Shown here piece by piece: positions 56,401 to 64,000 of a stretch of DNA of 64,000 nucleotides (positions within the stretch are counted from its first letter, which is position 1; each line of letters starts with the position of its first letter). The DNA comes from an uncultured Caldisericota bacterium (GTDB lineage Bacteria; Caldisericota; Caldisericia; UBA6126). Below the pieces are notes generated by a model. That model saw only the letters and a list, made by a program, of their open reading frames with translations, had not been told where the DNA came from and made no database searches. The stretch is taken from assembly GCA_964493625.1 (NCBI GenBank), contig CAZBOU010000002.1, positions 135,410 to 199,409 of the forward strand, in the 5' to 3' direction. Both the position numbers and the translations under genes were made by a program.

Positions 56401-57075
56401 ATCTCCATACGTCCTCCTGTTCCACTTATACGAGACTCTGAAACACAATTGCCTATCCGCCGAGACCTTTTAAATCCTTCCAACTACGATCTGGTATATG
56501 GTGTTACGAATTCCCTTCATGTGTATTTGCAACCAGCAGATAGCAGAGATCTTCCAATAGACGGTGGTTGGGTGCATTTGCAGGGGAACCAACATGAAAG
56601 TTCTATATATGCAGGTTTAGAGGCTGTTGATCGATACAACCGTAGAGCGACGCTATTGTATACGCCAACTGGTATTGGTGAGGCTACTTCTTCTCTCTTA
56701 TATTCAACAGAAAACAATTTGCATATTCTTGATCCCGACACTTTTACAACCCCGCTACGCTATGTGGTAGACCTAGGGGTTGATTTTGATATATTGAAAG
56801 CCTTGGATATTACGTTTCCTTACAACCCTGACTTGATACAAAACATGGAAAATGAGTTGACAATACAAATTCGAGAAAAAGGGACCAATGCTCCTGTTGA
56901 AAATGTTACGGTATCCGTTTCTGGAGAAGGTTTTTCTGTAACCAGATTGACCAATGAAGAAGGGCAAGCTGCCTTTAACATCCATCCTTCTCCTCAGAAA
57001 GAAAAGGTTCGGGTGTATGCCATCAAAGGTTCGTATTTTGAAGCAGAAGCTTCTATTTCGGTGGTGGAACCATGA
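50458..57075 (+). CDS. Giant exported protein (2,205 aa), no recognised family; C-terminal Ig/CarboxypepD_reg-like domain
   Basis: Single uninterrupted ORF. ATG 50458 preferred (GAGGGTG RBS; signal-like MRKLCIWCMCIVFFLGLNQFPSQPIVYA). C-terminus VTVSVSGEGFSVTRLTNEEGQAAFNI. No ATP-binding, catalytic or sorting motif recognised. Confidence 0.7.
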   Translation: MRKLCIWCMCIVFFLGLNQFPSQPIVYASPSSGTYSWNQSIQQWYSVGYDYNHEPLKEDRYFPWQKTLTSVWGSDEYPMKSTLLGKNTHPVYYTCFYLDLIPDGGRTRGQQKYYVALDDQGNIWLDPDGIFQNCIYQPQHDPKHPLYIEGGCEQANVLDGKIRYSFDPDPGNNTLGPYPIRTILKENNTTIKIQGRSFIVSLLDRIDYDPQTYVDTSDWDHNLRIVPFQRTEKHTDSYIQNQQYDPYEDIYQCVTASATSVQTGDIRRTPVVIDNETIYAPNSIVEPGDFDIGRNLVPFQENEMHSDQVQTDGFYSNGAKYGYTFFQEFIYRVTSPSLLQVQEGSIRLTAVNIKVDPDDYVLIDHGVFSQDAFCLFEVPTTGKRLPMGFQTNLIHGMKDFFTVRVHSQNTDIPETFSSLSKGVLVEGDTYIFTTFISSISPQYAGYLGIEWFYDNGVNNKRAITPTPLVAKDLQDNFHRDGCAEEVLGLSDTSADLDFGTTLFPIEDSICFYDASGNGLGVGDPIYRDNDQNYVVSEGDERNVHTICSVGMQTIEYSAGTIVTFGDADVGRGLSSIPSDYLWTDKGSKNTEYDQNGRMEPGESIYKKSSIRDKLSKVQTNDIRITSTDMYGVHYKQGTIVKPMCHFYRYSKFYGVTMKYNGMFSYIDVPILPGDQPIETRQSSPFQVEQTTELQLDLIPQKENQSVYIFIDEPSLISSTVPVPMNARYVENTKKVGTEVFSITPFTSSLTTQEWKYPLSLLVFVDLPGVDYPFLDLEDPVYNAYFYQTEIDRREKRYEKLLPDYFTPDYCTVLSFHVYPESATVKTSKDHVSSFDLRFPNLWGTLINEDNPLDVNDPYGVIASQSGDLIVGNYNAKGAGIDYLFTAYAPMPFGVQRYIVQVNTDQSYCFWLWDDKEPKGVLDFSDDLFGPIFVYQQASFTNKDCSEEFFLYKGDPIGFNQITKNDEIGIFDGGDHEILFQDNTYRIVNARVETFGIDVLFETYGSLNEGDPGGDYPIALKPIYGEDTLYLRTYAKNALYDYNKSLVHPPCFLQIESGQIQYLGHRIIKTPTVNDVNFTNLSIVDHGLQYSDVDYTAGENPLSFLPEPTIVSPYNPIVRNWHLDFIAYPAGQAHVGRTSYRRRYSRGVGSFGFCATPTISSALYEESPFRKLGAEQFPMTDYDFIFTLQTKGGDFLSFGEDTPSHLRINKIIVQGPFKCPQILDRDNGSVVPSSRIPLIYNDTGKLVIDRSIAKWYQMPGDDWTGSIGFGRDEIFFQQQDWNPLLVRTGILDYTGIPSVIKIPEITLLRSGVLHITAILADGTSVELGDCWSEEPFVGIPVHGLDFENIPESLEVFTDHVLKPTLYEKEPYQEVDLCNNAYVILWQDRGIRLHSAMALDPYEIGAGDGRINFGGGSWLDLNEDGKVSFADWETEVVGTYYVDTNCWAGGVFDGRTKNVNNGVYPLELTEETGTQITQYGVDFCSREGDNYSRRPDHIISTEEVTPIYLQAYKFYDDNGDRAFTPLFHGRSHEVYLAGEKSIRIQPHEDLFVTTYPSPLTAGCIAELVDPGNPLTIQVQDSSGTPMNFSFGVMDSSGRSDVDERDAWQHLFVDTPKEPLPQYYWTRTDLHNQDNIDACNTKLYSKPNNPFSPIQIDFKESHEGKYKFLNFVANDEGAFEVTVYSPDHLHMGRTYITVAPPQIEYSIMPLVLDRHGNIRGAMDVRDPDFLMTAGVNKIYLLSVQAYTPQGVLIKGVDRKNPFRNEQTGETMSHSGRMTPYTTKPASFDLHENFDNVPQGYFLHMSILQDLENISMDPSNTFQMAGFDGTEYATAETVYYNTSNVMYDNGLFSKTGRIEPNPTMILEDGWGYGCIYNRAHDGVYMFTDFDKDGMLTVQDSFPIDKNGEVWFFIYAEDVCDVGVLVNCNDFSSSSMFSDVVGRPPTFSDSPTTMHGRYRKSWDSVNGYSMADGIFKLDWDAFPQRNISIRPPVPLIRDSETQLPIRRDLLNPSNYDLVYGVTNSLHVYLQPADSRDLPIDGGWVHLQGNQHESSIYAGLEAVDRYNRRATLLYTPTGIGEATSSLLYSTENNLHILDPDTFTTPLRYVVDLGVDFDILKALDITFPYNPDLIQNMENELTIQIREKGTNAPVENVTVSVSGEGFSVTRLTNEEGQAAFNIHPSPQKEKVRVYAIKGSYFEAEASISVVEP

Positions 57076-59360
57076 AAAAATTATGCAATAACAAATTTGT
57101 TCATTGTTTTCTAGTGGGCATAATCGTAGCAAGTCTTTTCTCTTTTTTTAATCCACAGACAATGCAAGCCAACCAGAGCATGGATATACTCAGCTACCAA
57201 TCGTATGCAATGGGTTGTCCCAATTTTACGAATGTTTCTTTGCCTCCTAGTTATTGTCCTGGATCTTCGATACGAAAACAAAAAACATGGGTAGAAAATA
57301 TGAACTCCGATGGTGTTCTGTATTTTGAAGAAATCCATCCGTCAGAAGTGTTGGAAAAAGAACCAGAACCGACGGATGAATCACCGTTTTATTTTCATGG
57401 CTTTAAGGGGAATAGCCGACATTCTGGCTATATTCATCAAGACACGAGCAATAAAATTTCCATGTTGTGGCGGTATTCATTTTACGGCGATTATATAACC
57501 GATATCCAAACGTATGGAGATGCTCTTTATTTTGCAGACCACAGTGGCTATGTTCATGCTATATCCAAAAAGGATGCATCGGTCCTCTGGAAATATCCAT
57601 TGGAAGAAAAAAGATATGTCGTTGGGATTGATATTAGTACAACACAAATGTTTATCACCTACGGTCCTATTTTTAGCCGAAGAGGCATTGAGGATGACTC
57701 TTGCTTGCTCTATGCTGTGGATCTTGAAACAGGGAAAGAAAAATGGTCCAAGCGACTGGAGCAAGTTTTAGTGATCAGCCCCCCTCTTGTGGACGAAAAC
57801 AATGTATTTGTTTCGACTGGAAAAATGAATAGTACTTTCAGCAAAACTGCAGGAGGTGACATTCATTGCATTGATGAAACAGGAGAAACCAGCTATACAC
57901 TTTCTATAGAAGATTTTTCATTTTGGGGAGATTGTTTAACCAAAAGTGGCTCGGTTATTATGGGTGCTGCTATTCGATATGATCAAGCAACCCGCACCAT
58001 TGTATTCCCTCACATCTATGCTTTCAATATGGAAACACAACAGCGTATGTGGACCGTTAAGCCACTAGGAGAGAATGGATTTTTAGGTACTCCTAGCATC
58101 AAAGATGATTATGTGTATATCACAGAAAATCCTATGATGATGGGCAGAGGAAGAGGCGGTCCTACAAATGAAAGCTGGCTTCAGAAAATCCATATCCAAA
58201 CAGGTAAATTGGAACAAAGCATGCGATTTGAAGGTGAGAATTTTGGTCGATTTGCACCCACATTGGCCCAAGATGCTATCTATTTATGCTCTTTTACAGG
58301 ACGTATGTATTGTATCAACTACAATTTAGAGAAGCTTTGGTGGGAAAAACGCTTCGATCGGTATTCGTACTTCACCGAGTTGATGGCTTCTAAAAACCAT
58401 TTGTATACCGTTCTCTACAATGGTGACTTTCTGTGTATCAGCAAGACAGATGGTTCTATCAAATTTCGATATGCTACGGGTGCATACGGCAGAATGCCTG
58501 TTGTTACAGGAGAAGAAGTGTTTGTTTCAGGAAATGTATTGTATTGTTTCTCGGAAAACGCCCTTCCTGTTCTATTTGTAGAACCTTCTTCCATCATTGT
58601 GGAAGAGACGCAACAAGGAACCATTGTGCAAAAACAATTTCAAGTTGTTTGGACGGGCACTGATGCATTGGAAGGAACCGTTACAGGAACGGAAAGCTGG
58701 ATGCAAATAGTTCCCCAAAAAATTACACAAAACATTCAGACTTTCTTTCTTACGATAGACACATCTTCTCTCCCCAATGGAGAAACCGTATCGCAAGTTT
58801 TAATTTCTACGAATAAAGGAAACAAATCCATTGACGTGATGGTTCATGTAAACGTGCCAGAACCCTTAACTATTCAAGTAAATATCCCTCCAGAAGGGAT
58901 CATAACAAAAGAAAAAGAGTTTACCCTAGAGGGAGAAACAGAACCCTTCACTATTCTTGAAATCAACAGTTTAACTAGCGTAGCATACGCAAATGGGTAT
59001 TTTTATGAAAGACTCCGGTTAAAAGAAGGAAAGAATCCAATTGAAATCAAAGCAACTGCCAAAGATGGCCGACAAGCTTACTTTGCAGGGGTTATTGTAA
59101 AAGATTCTATCCCACCGTTTTTAGAGGTAGATCTTCCAAGGATTTACGAAACCACTTCAAAGATTTTTCAAGTTCGCGGGAAAACAGAGCCTGGAGTTAG
59201 GCTAAAGATTGGTTCCAAAGAAATTTCTTTGGAAAACGATGGATCGTTTGAATACCTATATACAATGAGTCGCAATGAAGAACTGCTTCGTGTTCGATCA
59301 ATTGATGCTGCCGACAACATCACACAAGTCAAAATACAATTAATTTATTCGGGAGAATAA
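57072..59360 (+). CDS. Exported PQQ-like (BamB-type) beta-propeller protein with C-terminal Ig-like domains
   Basis: DALYFADHSGYVHAISKKDASVLWKY, LLYAVDLETGKEKWSKRL, YAFNMETQQRMW and similar repeats. Start overlaps the giant gene stop (ATGA 57072-57075). Confidence 0.65.
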   Translation: MKKLCNNKFVHCFLVGIIVASLFSFFNPQTMQANQSMDILSYQSYAMGCPNFTNVSLPPSYCPGSSIRKQKTWVENMNSDGVLYFEEIHPSEVLEKEPEPTDESPFYFHGFKGNSRHSGYIHQDTSNKISMLWRYSFYGDYITDIQTYGDALYFADHSGYVHAISKKDASVLWKYPLEEKRYVVGIDISTTQMFITYGPIFSRRGIEDDSCLLYAVDLETGKEKWSKRLEQVLVISPPLVDENNVFVSTGKMNSTFSKTAGGDIHCIDETGETSYTLSIEDFSFWGDCLTKSGSVIMGAAIRYDQATRTIVFPHIYAFNMETQQRMWTVKPLGENGFLGTPSIKDDYVYITENPMMMGRGRGGPTNESWLQKIHIQTGKLEQSMRFEGENFGRFAPTLAQDAIYLCSFTGRMYCINYNLEKLWWEKRFDRYSYFTELMASKNHLYTVLYNGDFLCISKTDGSIKFRYATGAYGRMPVVTGEEVFVSGNVLYCFSENALPVLFVEPSSIIVEETQQGTIVQKQFQVVWTGTDALEGTVTGTESWMQIVPQKITQNIQTFFLTIDTSSLPNGETVSQVLISTNKGNKSIDVMVHVNVPEPLTIQVNIPPEGIITKEKEFTLEGETEPFTILEINSLTSVAYANGYFYERLRLKEGKNPIEIKATAKDGRQAYFAGVIVKDSIPPFLEVDLPRIYETTSKIFQVRGKTEPGVRLKIGSKEISLENDGSFEYLYTMSRNEELLRVRSIDAADNITQVKIQLIYSGE

Positions 59361-59384
59361 TCTATTCTTCAACCTTCTCTTCCA

Positions 59385-59418
59385 GACTCGGATGGGGCAG
59401 TTATATTTCATCCGAGTC
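59385..59418 (+). terminator. Hairpin terminator candidate closing the giant-protein operon
   Basis: gactcggatg (59385-59394) / catccgagtc (59409-59418), 14-nt loop, followed by ataaaattt. Confidence 0.5.
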
Positions 59419-59443
59419 ATAAAATTTAACCATAGCTTAAAGG

Positions 59444-59476
59444 TTTCTTAATCATTTCTTAATACTTTCATGTTAC
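59444..59476 (+). promoter_or_regulatory. Three direct repeats with 11-bp phasing upstream of pstS (Pho-box-like candidate)
   Basis: TTTCTTAATCA (59444) / TTTCTTAATAC (59455) / TTTCATGTTAC (59466), about 45-75 nt upstream of the pstS ATG. Confidence 0.4.
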
Positions 59477-59521
59477 ACCATACATTGTACGAAATTTAAC
59501 ACTCTCTTAGGAGGAAAATGT

Positions 59522-60388
59522 ATGAACGTAAGATGGAATAAAATTGTATCCCTTGTAGCTGTACTTAGTTTTATAGCAGGCATTAGCTTGGTTACTATTG
59601 GATGTGGAGATCAGTCTTCAAGCAGCAATGCAGGTACAGAAACAACAGAGCAAGAAATAACCTATTCCGGTATTATTCGTGAAGCTGGTTCAACCAGTGT
59701 ATTGCCAATTGCTGAAAAATTCGCTTTAGCATTCATGGAGAAACATCCCAATCTTCAAATTACCTATACTGGCGGTGGTTCTAGCGCTGGCGTAAAACAA
59801 TCTGCAGCGGGTACTGTTGATATAGGAGCTGCCTCTAGAGAAATCAAAATTACAGAAAATGATTTGATTCCTATTCCTGTGGCTCGTGATGGCGTAGCTG
59901 TTATTGTAAATGAAAACAATCCCATTCAAGGCCTAACCATGGAGCAGATTACAAAAATTTACACTGGCGAGATTGTAAATTGGTCTGAAGTTGGTGGTAG
60001 CGATCTTCAAATTACTGTCTATGGTAGAGAAGAGGGATCTGGTACCCGTGACTGTTTTGACTCTGTAGTGCTTAAAAAGCTCTCAATTTCTCCCACCGCT
60101 TTGGCTAAAAAATCCAATGGTGAAGTGCAGATTGGTATTCAAGAAGATGCCAGTGGTATTGGCTATGTTTCTTTAGGGTACATAAACGGTGTAAAACCAT
60201 TGTTAGTAAACGATGTGGAATGTACTATCGAAACCTGCCAAAAGGGAACCTATCCAATCGTTCGACGTTTGTATTTCATTACTCAAACAATTCCAAGCGA
60301 TGCAGTCAATGCTTTTTTGAATTTCTGTCGCAGTGAAGAAGGTCAGAAAATTGTTGCTGATAATGGATTTGTCCCATTAGTATATTAG
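59522..60388 (+). CDS. pstS: Phosphate ABC transporter substrate-binding lipoprotein
   Basis: GSTSVLPIAEKFA, YTGGGSSAGVKQ, DIGAASREI; lipobox-like VTIGC; AGGAGG RBS. Confidence 0.9.
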   Translation: MNVRWNKIVSLVAVLSFIAGISLVTIGCGDQSSSSNAGTETTEQEITYSGIIREAGSTSVLPIAEKFALAFMEKHPNLQITYTGGGSSAGVKQSAAGTVDIGAASREIKITENDLIPIPVARDGVAVIVNENNPIQGLTMEQITKIYTGEIVNWSEVGGSDLQITVYGREEGSGTRDCFDSVVLKKLSISPTALAKKSNGEVQIGIQEDASGIGYVSLGYINGVKPLLVNDVECTIETCQKGTYPIVRRLYFITQTIPSDAVNAFLNFCRSEEGQKIVADNGFVPLVY

Positions 60389-60410
60389 TATAACTAGCAA
60401 ACCGAAGCAT

Positions 60411-60455
60411 AAAGCTCAGCGCTGGTCTACCCCCTCCTTTATAGCGCTGGGCTTT
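60411..60455 (+). terminator. 13-bp stem hairpin between pstS and pstC (intra-operon attenuator/terminator candidate)
   Basis: aaagctcagcgct (60411-60423) pairs with agcgctgggcttt (60443-60455) with one G-U pair; followed by atttg. Confidence 0.45.
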
Positions 60456-60476
60456 ATTTGAAAAGGGGATATAGGC

Positions 60477-61340
60477 GTGAATAGAAAAACAGTGGAACAA
60501 ACAATGAGGTGGATTTTACTAGGAACCGCCTTCGTTTCTTTGTTAATATTAGTAGGAATTATTTATTTTATTTTCGATAACGGATTTTTAGCTTTTATAG
60601 AAAATGGTCTAGGGAATTTTCTTTTTGGACATAAATGGAGCTTAGCCGACAACACATTTGGAGCTTGGCCTCTAATTGTCGGATCTATTTATGTAACGGT
60701 CGGGAGCATCCTAGTGGCCGCTCCTGTTAGTATTGCTATTGCAGTTTTTATGACCAATATTGCTCCCCCTTTCATTCGTGAAATTGTGCGACCTTGCATT
60801 GATTTATTGGTGGGTATTCCATCGGTTGTTTATGGTCTGATAGGAATGGTTTTCCTTGTTCCTCTTATTCGAGAACAATTGGGCCCTCCTGGGTATAGCT
60901 TGTTGGCCGCAGTGGTTGTACTCATTCTAATGACGATCCCTACCATTGTATCTGTTAGCGAGGACACACTTCGTGCTGTCCCAACCAAATATAAAGAAGC
61001 TTCTTTGGCGTTGGGAGCTACAAAATGGCAAACTATTTGGCATGTCATTTTACCCGCTGCTAAATCAGGCATTATCAGTGCCACCATATTGGGAGTAGGA
61101 AGAGCAATTGGAGAAGCGATGGCTATCTATATGGTAATAGGAAATTCATTCAGCATTCCAAAAAGCTTGTTAGATCCTTCTCGCACATTAACTAGTAACA
61201 TTGTTGGGCAAATTGAAGAAGCTGCCTTAGGTAGTACTCACATTCATGCTCTGTTTGGCACCGGAATTATCTTGTTGGTATTTGTTTTTATCTTCAATAG
61301 TATTAGTTTTACATTGGGCAAAAAAGGGGTCCGTTCATGA
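60477..61340 (+). CDS. pstC: Phosphate ABC transporter permease PstC
   Basis: 287 aa, 6 TM; EAA-loop region SEDTLRAVPTKYKEASLALGATKWQTIWHVILPAA; first permease after pstS. Confidence 0.88.
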   Translation: MNRKTVEQTMRWILLGTAFVSLLILVGIIYFIFDNGFLAFIENGLGNFLFGHKWSLADNTFGAWPLIVGSIYVTVGSILVAAPVSIAIAVFMTNIAPPFIREIVRPCIDLLVGIPSVVYGLIGMVFLVPLIREQLGPPGYSLLAAVVVLILMTIPTIVSVSEDTLRAVPTKYKEASLALGATKWQTIWHVILPAAKSGIISATILGVGRAIGEAMAIYMVIGNSFSIPKSLLDPSRTLTSNIVGQIEEAALGSTHIHALFGTGIILLVFVFIFNSISFTLGKKGVRS

Positions 61341-62194
61341 TGAATCCAAAAACCTCCCAATCCATTGCTTGGGTAGCTCTGTCATTCATGACATTCGTTG
61401 TCTTGGCAGCCCTCTTTTTCTTAATTATATATGTCGTCATACACGGCTGGAATTCGTTGAGCCTATCCTTTATTTTTGGACCCACTACAAAGGGTGGACT
61501 TCTAGCCCCCATTGTAGGAACTGTGTATTTGATTTTTATGACATTGTTATTTGTTATCCCCTTGGGAGTTGGCGCAGCGATATATTTAGCCGAGTATGCA
61601 CCCGAGAATGGTATTACTCATTTTATTCGATATGCTCTCAGTAGCTTGGCAGGAATTCCATCCATCATTTTTGGGCTGTTTGGTGTTGCCTTGTTTGTTA
61701 CTCTTATCGGGCATGCTAGTATTCTGGCAGGAGCCTTAACAATGGCTTGTCTATCTTTACCGTTCATGGTAACTGCTACCGAAGAAGCACTAAAAGGCGT
61801 TCCAAAGTCATGGAGAGAAGCTTCTTTAGGTTTGGGGGCTACGAAATGGGAAACAACCTGGTTCGTTGTACTACCATCTGCATTGCCAGGTATTATTACA
61901 GGGATCATACTTTGTATGGGTCGAGTTGTTGCCGAAACAGCACCACTTTTGGCTACAGCTGGTTTTAGTCCTTTTGTGCCAACATCTCCTTTTGATGGGG
62001 CACGAACCTTAGCATTGCATTTGTTTTATTTGGCAACAGAAGCCCCAAGTACAGGCAGTGTAACAAGACATGACTTAATCTCACAGGCAATGGGCATTGC
62101 TGTCATTTTGATACTGATTATTGTAATCATCAACTTCCTGATACGGTTGTTCAGCAACCTATACATGAGGAAGTTCCATAAACAGGGAGTTTAG
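61337..62194 (+). CDS. pstA: Phosphate ABC transporter permease PstA
   Basis: 285 aa; [35 protein letters not shown]; overlaps the pstC stop (ATGA). Confidence 0.88.
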   Translation: MMNPKTSQSIAWVALSFMTFVVLAALFFLIIYVVIHGWNSLSLSFIFGPTTKGGLLAPIVGTVYLIFMTLLFVIPLGVGAAIYLAEYAPENGITHFIRYALSSLAGIPSIIFGLFGVALFVTLIGHASILAGALTMACLSLPFMVTATEEALKGVPKSWREASLGLGATKWETTWFVVLPSALPGIITGIILCMGRVVAETAPLLATAGFSPFVPTSPFDGARTLALHLFYLATEAPSTGSVTRHDLISQAMGIAVILILIIVIINFLIRLFSNLYMRKFHKQGV

Positions 62195-62198
62195 TGTA

Positions 62199-62954
62199 AT
62201 GAAAACAGTCCTTTGTTCAAAAGATCTTTCCTTATGGTATGGGAAAAAACAAGCATTGAAAGAAGTTTCTCTTTCCTTTGAAGAGAGAAGTATTACCGCT
62301 ATCATGGGACCTTCTGGGTGTGGCAAGTCGACCTATTTGCGCTGCTTTAATCGCATGAATGATATCATCCCCAATATTCGTATCGAAGGCAAAGCGATTT
62401 ATGGAGATCGGAATATTTACGATAAAGAAACCGATCCAGTGGAAATACGAACAAAAATCGGAATGGTGTTTCAACAACCCAATCCCTTGCCTCGAAGTAT
62501 TTATGACAACGTTGCCTATGGGCCTAGAATCGCTGGCGAAAGAAGGAAAAAGATATTGGATGAAATTGTTGAGAAAAGCTTGCGAAAAGCTGCTATATGG
62601 GACGAAGTGAAAGACGATTTGAAAAAATCTGGACTATCATTGTCGGGTGGCCAACAACAGCGTTTGTGTTTAGCACGTACCTTGGCCATTGAACCAAAAG
62701 TCATTCTTATGGATGAGCCATGTTCTGCTTTGGATCCTATTGCAACAGCCAAAATTGAACAAACGATGCAAGAACTAAAAGAAGAATACACCATTATTAT
62801 TGTGACGCACAATATGCAACAAGCTGCAAGAGCTTCTGATTACACTGCCTTTCTATTGATGGGCGAGTGTATTGAATATGGAGAAACGAAGAAAATTTTC
62901 ATCAAACCGCAGTACAAAGAAACGATGGATTACATTACAGGTCGTTTTGGGTAA
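62199..62954 (+). CDS. pstB: Phosphate ABC transporter ATP-binding protein
   Basis: [29 protein letters not shown], typical PstB length of 251 aa. Confidence 0.93.
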   Translation: MKTVLCSKDLSLWYGKKQALKEVSLSFEERSITAIMGPSGCGKSTYLRCFNRMNDIIPNIRIEGKAIYGDRNIYDKETDPVEIRTKIGMVFQQPNPLPRSIYDNVAYGPRIAGERRKKILDEIVEKSLRKAAIWDEVKDDLKKSGLSLSGGQQQRLCLARTLAIEPKVILMDEPCSALDPIATAKIEQTMQELKEEYTIIIVTHNMQQAARASDYTAFLLMGECIEYGETKKIFIKPQYKETMDYITGRFG

Positions 62955-63006
62955 TTTTTGAACTTCTATAAAAGTTTGTGTCCGCTAACTTTTTTACTTT
63001 CCACTA

Positions 63007-63037
63007 TTGACATAAAGTTAGATGTAACTAACATAAT
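63007..63037 (+). promoter_or_regulatory. Candidate promoter with embedded GTTAG-N6-CTAAC inverted repeat (possible DtxR-family operator)
   Basis: TTGACA 63007-63012; -10 candidates TAACAT 63029-63034 or CATAAT 63032-63037; GTTAG 63017-63021 and CTAAC 63028-63032; an additional CTAAC at 62985-62989. Confidence 0.4.
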
Positions 63038-63070
63038 ATGTAAATCATTAATGGAGAGTGATCAAACGCA

Positions 63071-63454
63071 ATGCTTAGCCCAAGTTTAGAAGATTATTTA
63101 GAAGCTATCGCAGTTTTATCCAATGAAGCTGAATATGTTCATGCCTCTACCATAGGTCAATATCTTTCGGTAAAAAAATCTTCCGTTACTGTTGCTCTCC
63201 GGCAATTACGATATCACAAGCTTATTGAATACAAACCATACAAACCTATCAAACTTACCTTGTTTGGCCAAAAAAAGGCCTTTGAGATTCTCCAAAGACA
63301 TACAGCTCTTCGAGAATTTTTCATACATATTCTTCATATCGAACCCGACAAAGCAAACCAAGCAGCCTGCAAAATTGAGCACACCATTGGTCCAGAAATA
63401 ACCAATAAACTAGCAGAGTTTGTTCGAGACTACAAACAAGAGAGAAGTTTATGA
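63071..63454 (+). CDS. DtxR/MntR-family metal-dependent transcriptional regulator (short form, no SH3-like domain)
   Basis: MLSPSLEDYLEAIAVL N-terminus, wHTH, 127 aa; stop overlaps the feoA start (ATGA). Confidence 0.8.
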   Translation: MLSPSLEDYLEAIAVLSNEAEYVHASTIGQYLSVKKSSVTVALRQLRYHKLIEYKPYKPIKLTLFGQKKAFEILQRHTALREFFIHILHIEPDKANQAACKIEHTIGPEITNKLAEFVRDYKQERSL

Positions 63455-63729
63455 GACATCGAGCAAGACACTGCTGCAAACAATGTAATAAAAGAGGACG
63501 ATGTAAGTTGTCGGAGGTAGATTCTCGTAGATCGATGAAAATATGTAGTATTCATGGAGATGAAGCTTATATAAGACGATTGTCTTGCATGGGAATTTTG
63601 TGTGGGAAAACAATTTCTGTTCTTAGAAGGCATGGCCGAAGAGGAGCTATGATGATTCAGGCAGGCGATAGTAGGTTTGCTTTGGATGTAGGGCTATATG
63701 AAAACATTGAAGTAGAGGAAGAGCAATAG
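63451..63729 (+). CDS. feoA: FeoA-domain protein with Cys-rich N-terminal extension
   Basis: FeoA core LSEVDSRRSMKICSIHGDEAYIRRLSCMGILCGKTISVLRR preceded by MRHRARHCCKQCNKRGRC. Confidence 0.75.
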   Translation: MRHRARHCCKQCNKRGRCKLSEVDSRRSMKICSIHGDEAYIRRLSCMGILCGKTISVLRRHGRRGAMMIQAGDSRFALDVGLYENIEVEEEQ

Positions 63730-63742
63730 CTCATTCAGTTTC

Positions 63743-64000
63743 ATGACAAAAAAATACACCGTTGTTTTAGCAGGCAATCCGAATTGTGGTAAAACAACCT
63801 TGTTTAATGCCCTTACTGGGTCGCACCAGCATATTGGTAACTACCCAGGCGTTACAGTTGAAAAAAAAGAAGGGTCCTTAAAACTTCATGGAGCCAGCAT
63901 TCGCATCATTGATTTACCAGGCATGTATGACCTACAAGCACATTCCCCAGAAGAAGAAGTAGCCCGTAGCGTAATCGAGAGAGAATCTCCTGATATTATC
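63743..64000 (+). CDS. feoB: Ferrous iron transporter FeoB, N-terminal GTPase part (runs off the right window edge)
   Basis: My translation from ATG 63743: MTKKYTVVLAGNPNCGKTTLFNALTG (G1)...IIDLPGMY (G3). Open to base 64000. Not in the track because it has no stop. Confidence 0.88.
   Translation, partial: MTKKYTVVLAGNPNCGKTTLFNALTGSHQHIGNYPGVTVEKKEGSLKLHGASIRIIDLPGMYDLQAHSPEEEVARSVIERESPDII

Noticed and set aside
61246-61644. 132-aa plus-strand ORF spanning the pstC/pstA junction in another frame.
   Set aside because: It is out of frame with two well-supported permease genes, and its Cys/Trp-rich composition is atypical.
1-64000. CRISPR arrays, IS elements, integrases, prophage or known defence modules.
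   Set aside because: No regularly spaced direct repeats were seen. There are no non-coding stretches long enough apart from 21203-21727, which is not array-like. No transposase, integrase, Cas, methyltransferase or helicase motifs appear in any ORF.

Overview
AT-rich, very gene-dense bacterial chromosomal segment: about 55 protein genes, one tRNA-Leu(CAA), short operons and about 14 strand switches. I recognised no rRNA, CRISPR array, transposase, integrase or classical defence gene (R-M, Cas, helicase/methylase modules). Three groups of genes stand out. (1) Housekeeping and amino-acid catabolism: gcvH-gcvPA-gcvPB, mnmG, ALDH7-type and P5C dehydrogenases, threonine aldolase, serine dehydratase sdaAB/AA and ispG. 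(2) Transport: fetAB-like exporter, two TSUP proteins, EamA, MscS, pstSCAB, and a DtxR-like regulator with feoAB. (3) An unusually large set of exported or lipoprotein-like proteins, mostly orphans. These include a C25 gingipain-like peptidase cut by the left edge, a BNR-propeller protein translationally coupled to a SigB/F/G-type sigma factor, and several proteins carrying copper-amine-oxidase-N-like modules. They also include a three-gene operon built around a 2,205-aa giant protein flanked by SBBP and PQQ-like beta-propeller proteins. The best candidates for something undescribed are five loci. First, that giant-protein operon (48967-59360). Second, a dGTPase-like / lipoprotein / PD-(D/E)XK nuclease operon (46132-48931). 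Third, an AlbA_2 / PmbA-like / DUF169 / membrane / DUF212 operon (12998-16444). Fourth, the sigma factor coupled to an exported propeller (6141-9514). Fifth, the only large non-coding gap (21203-21727), which carries repeats, hairpins and a terminator-like element. All calls rest on motifs read by eye from the ORF track and the DNA. No searches were run, so family assignments for orphans are tentative, and I cannot say that any of these is truly novel.
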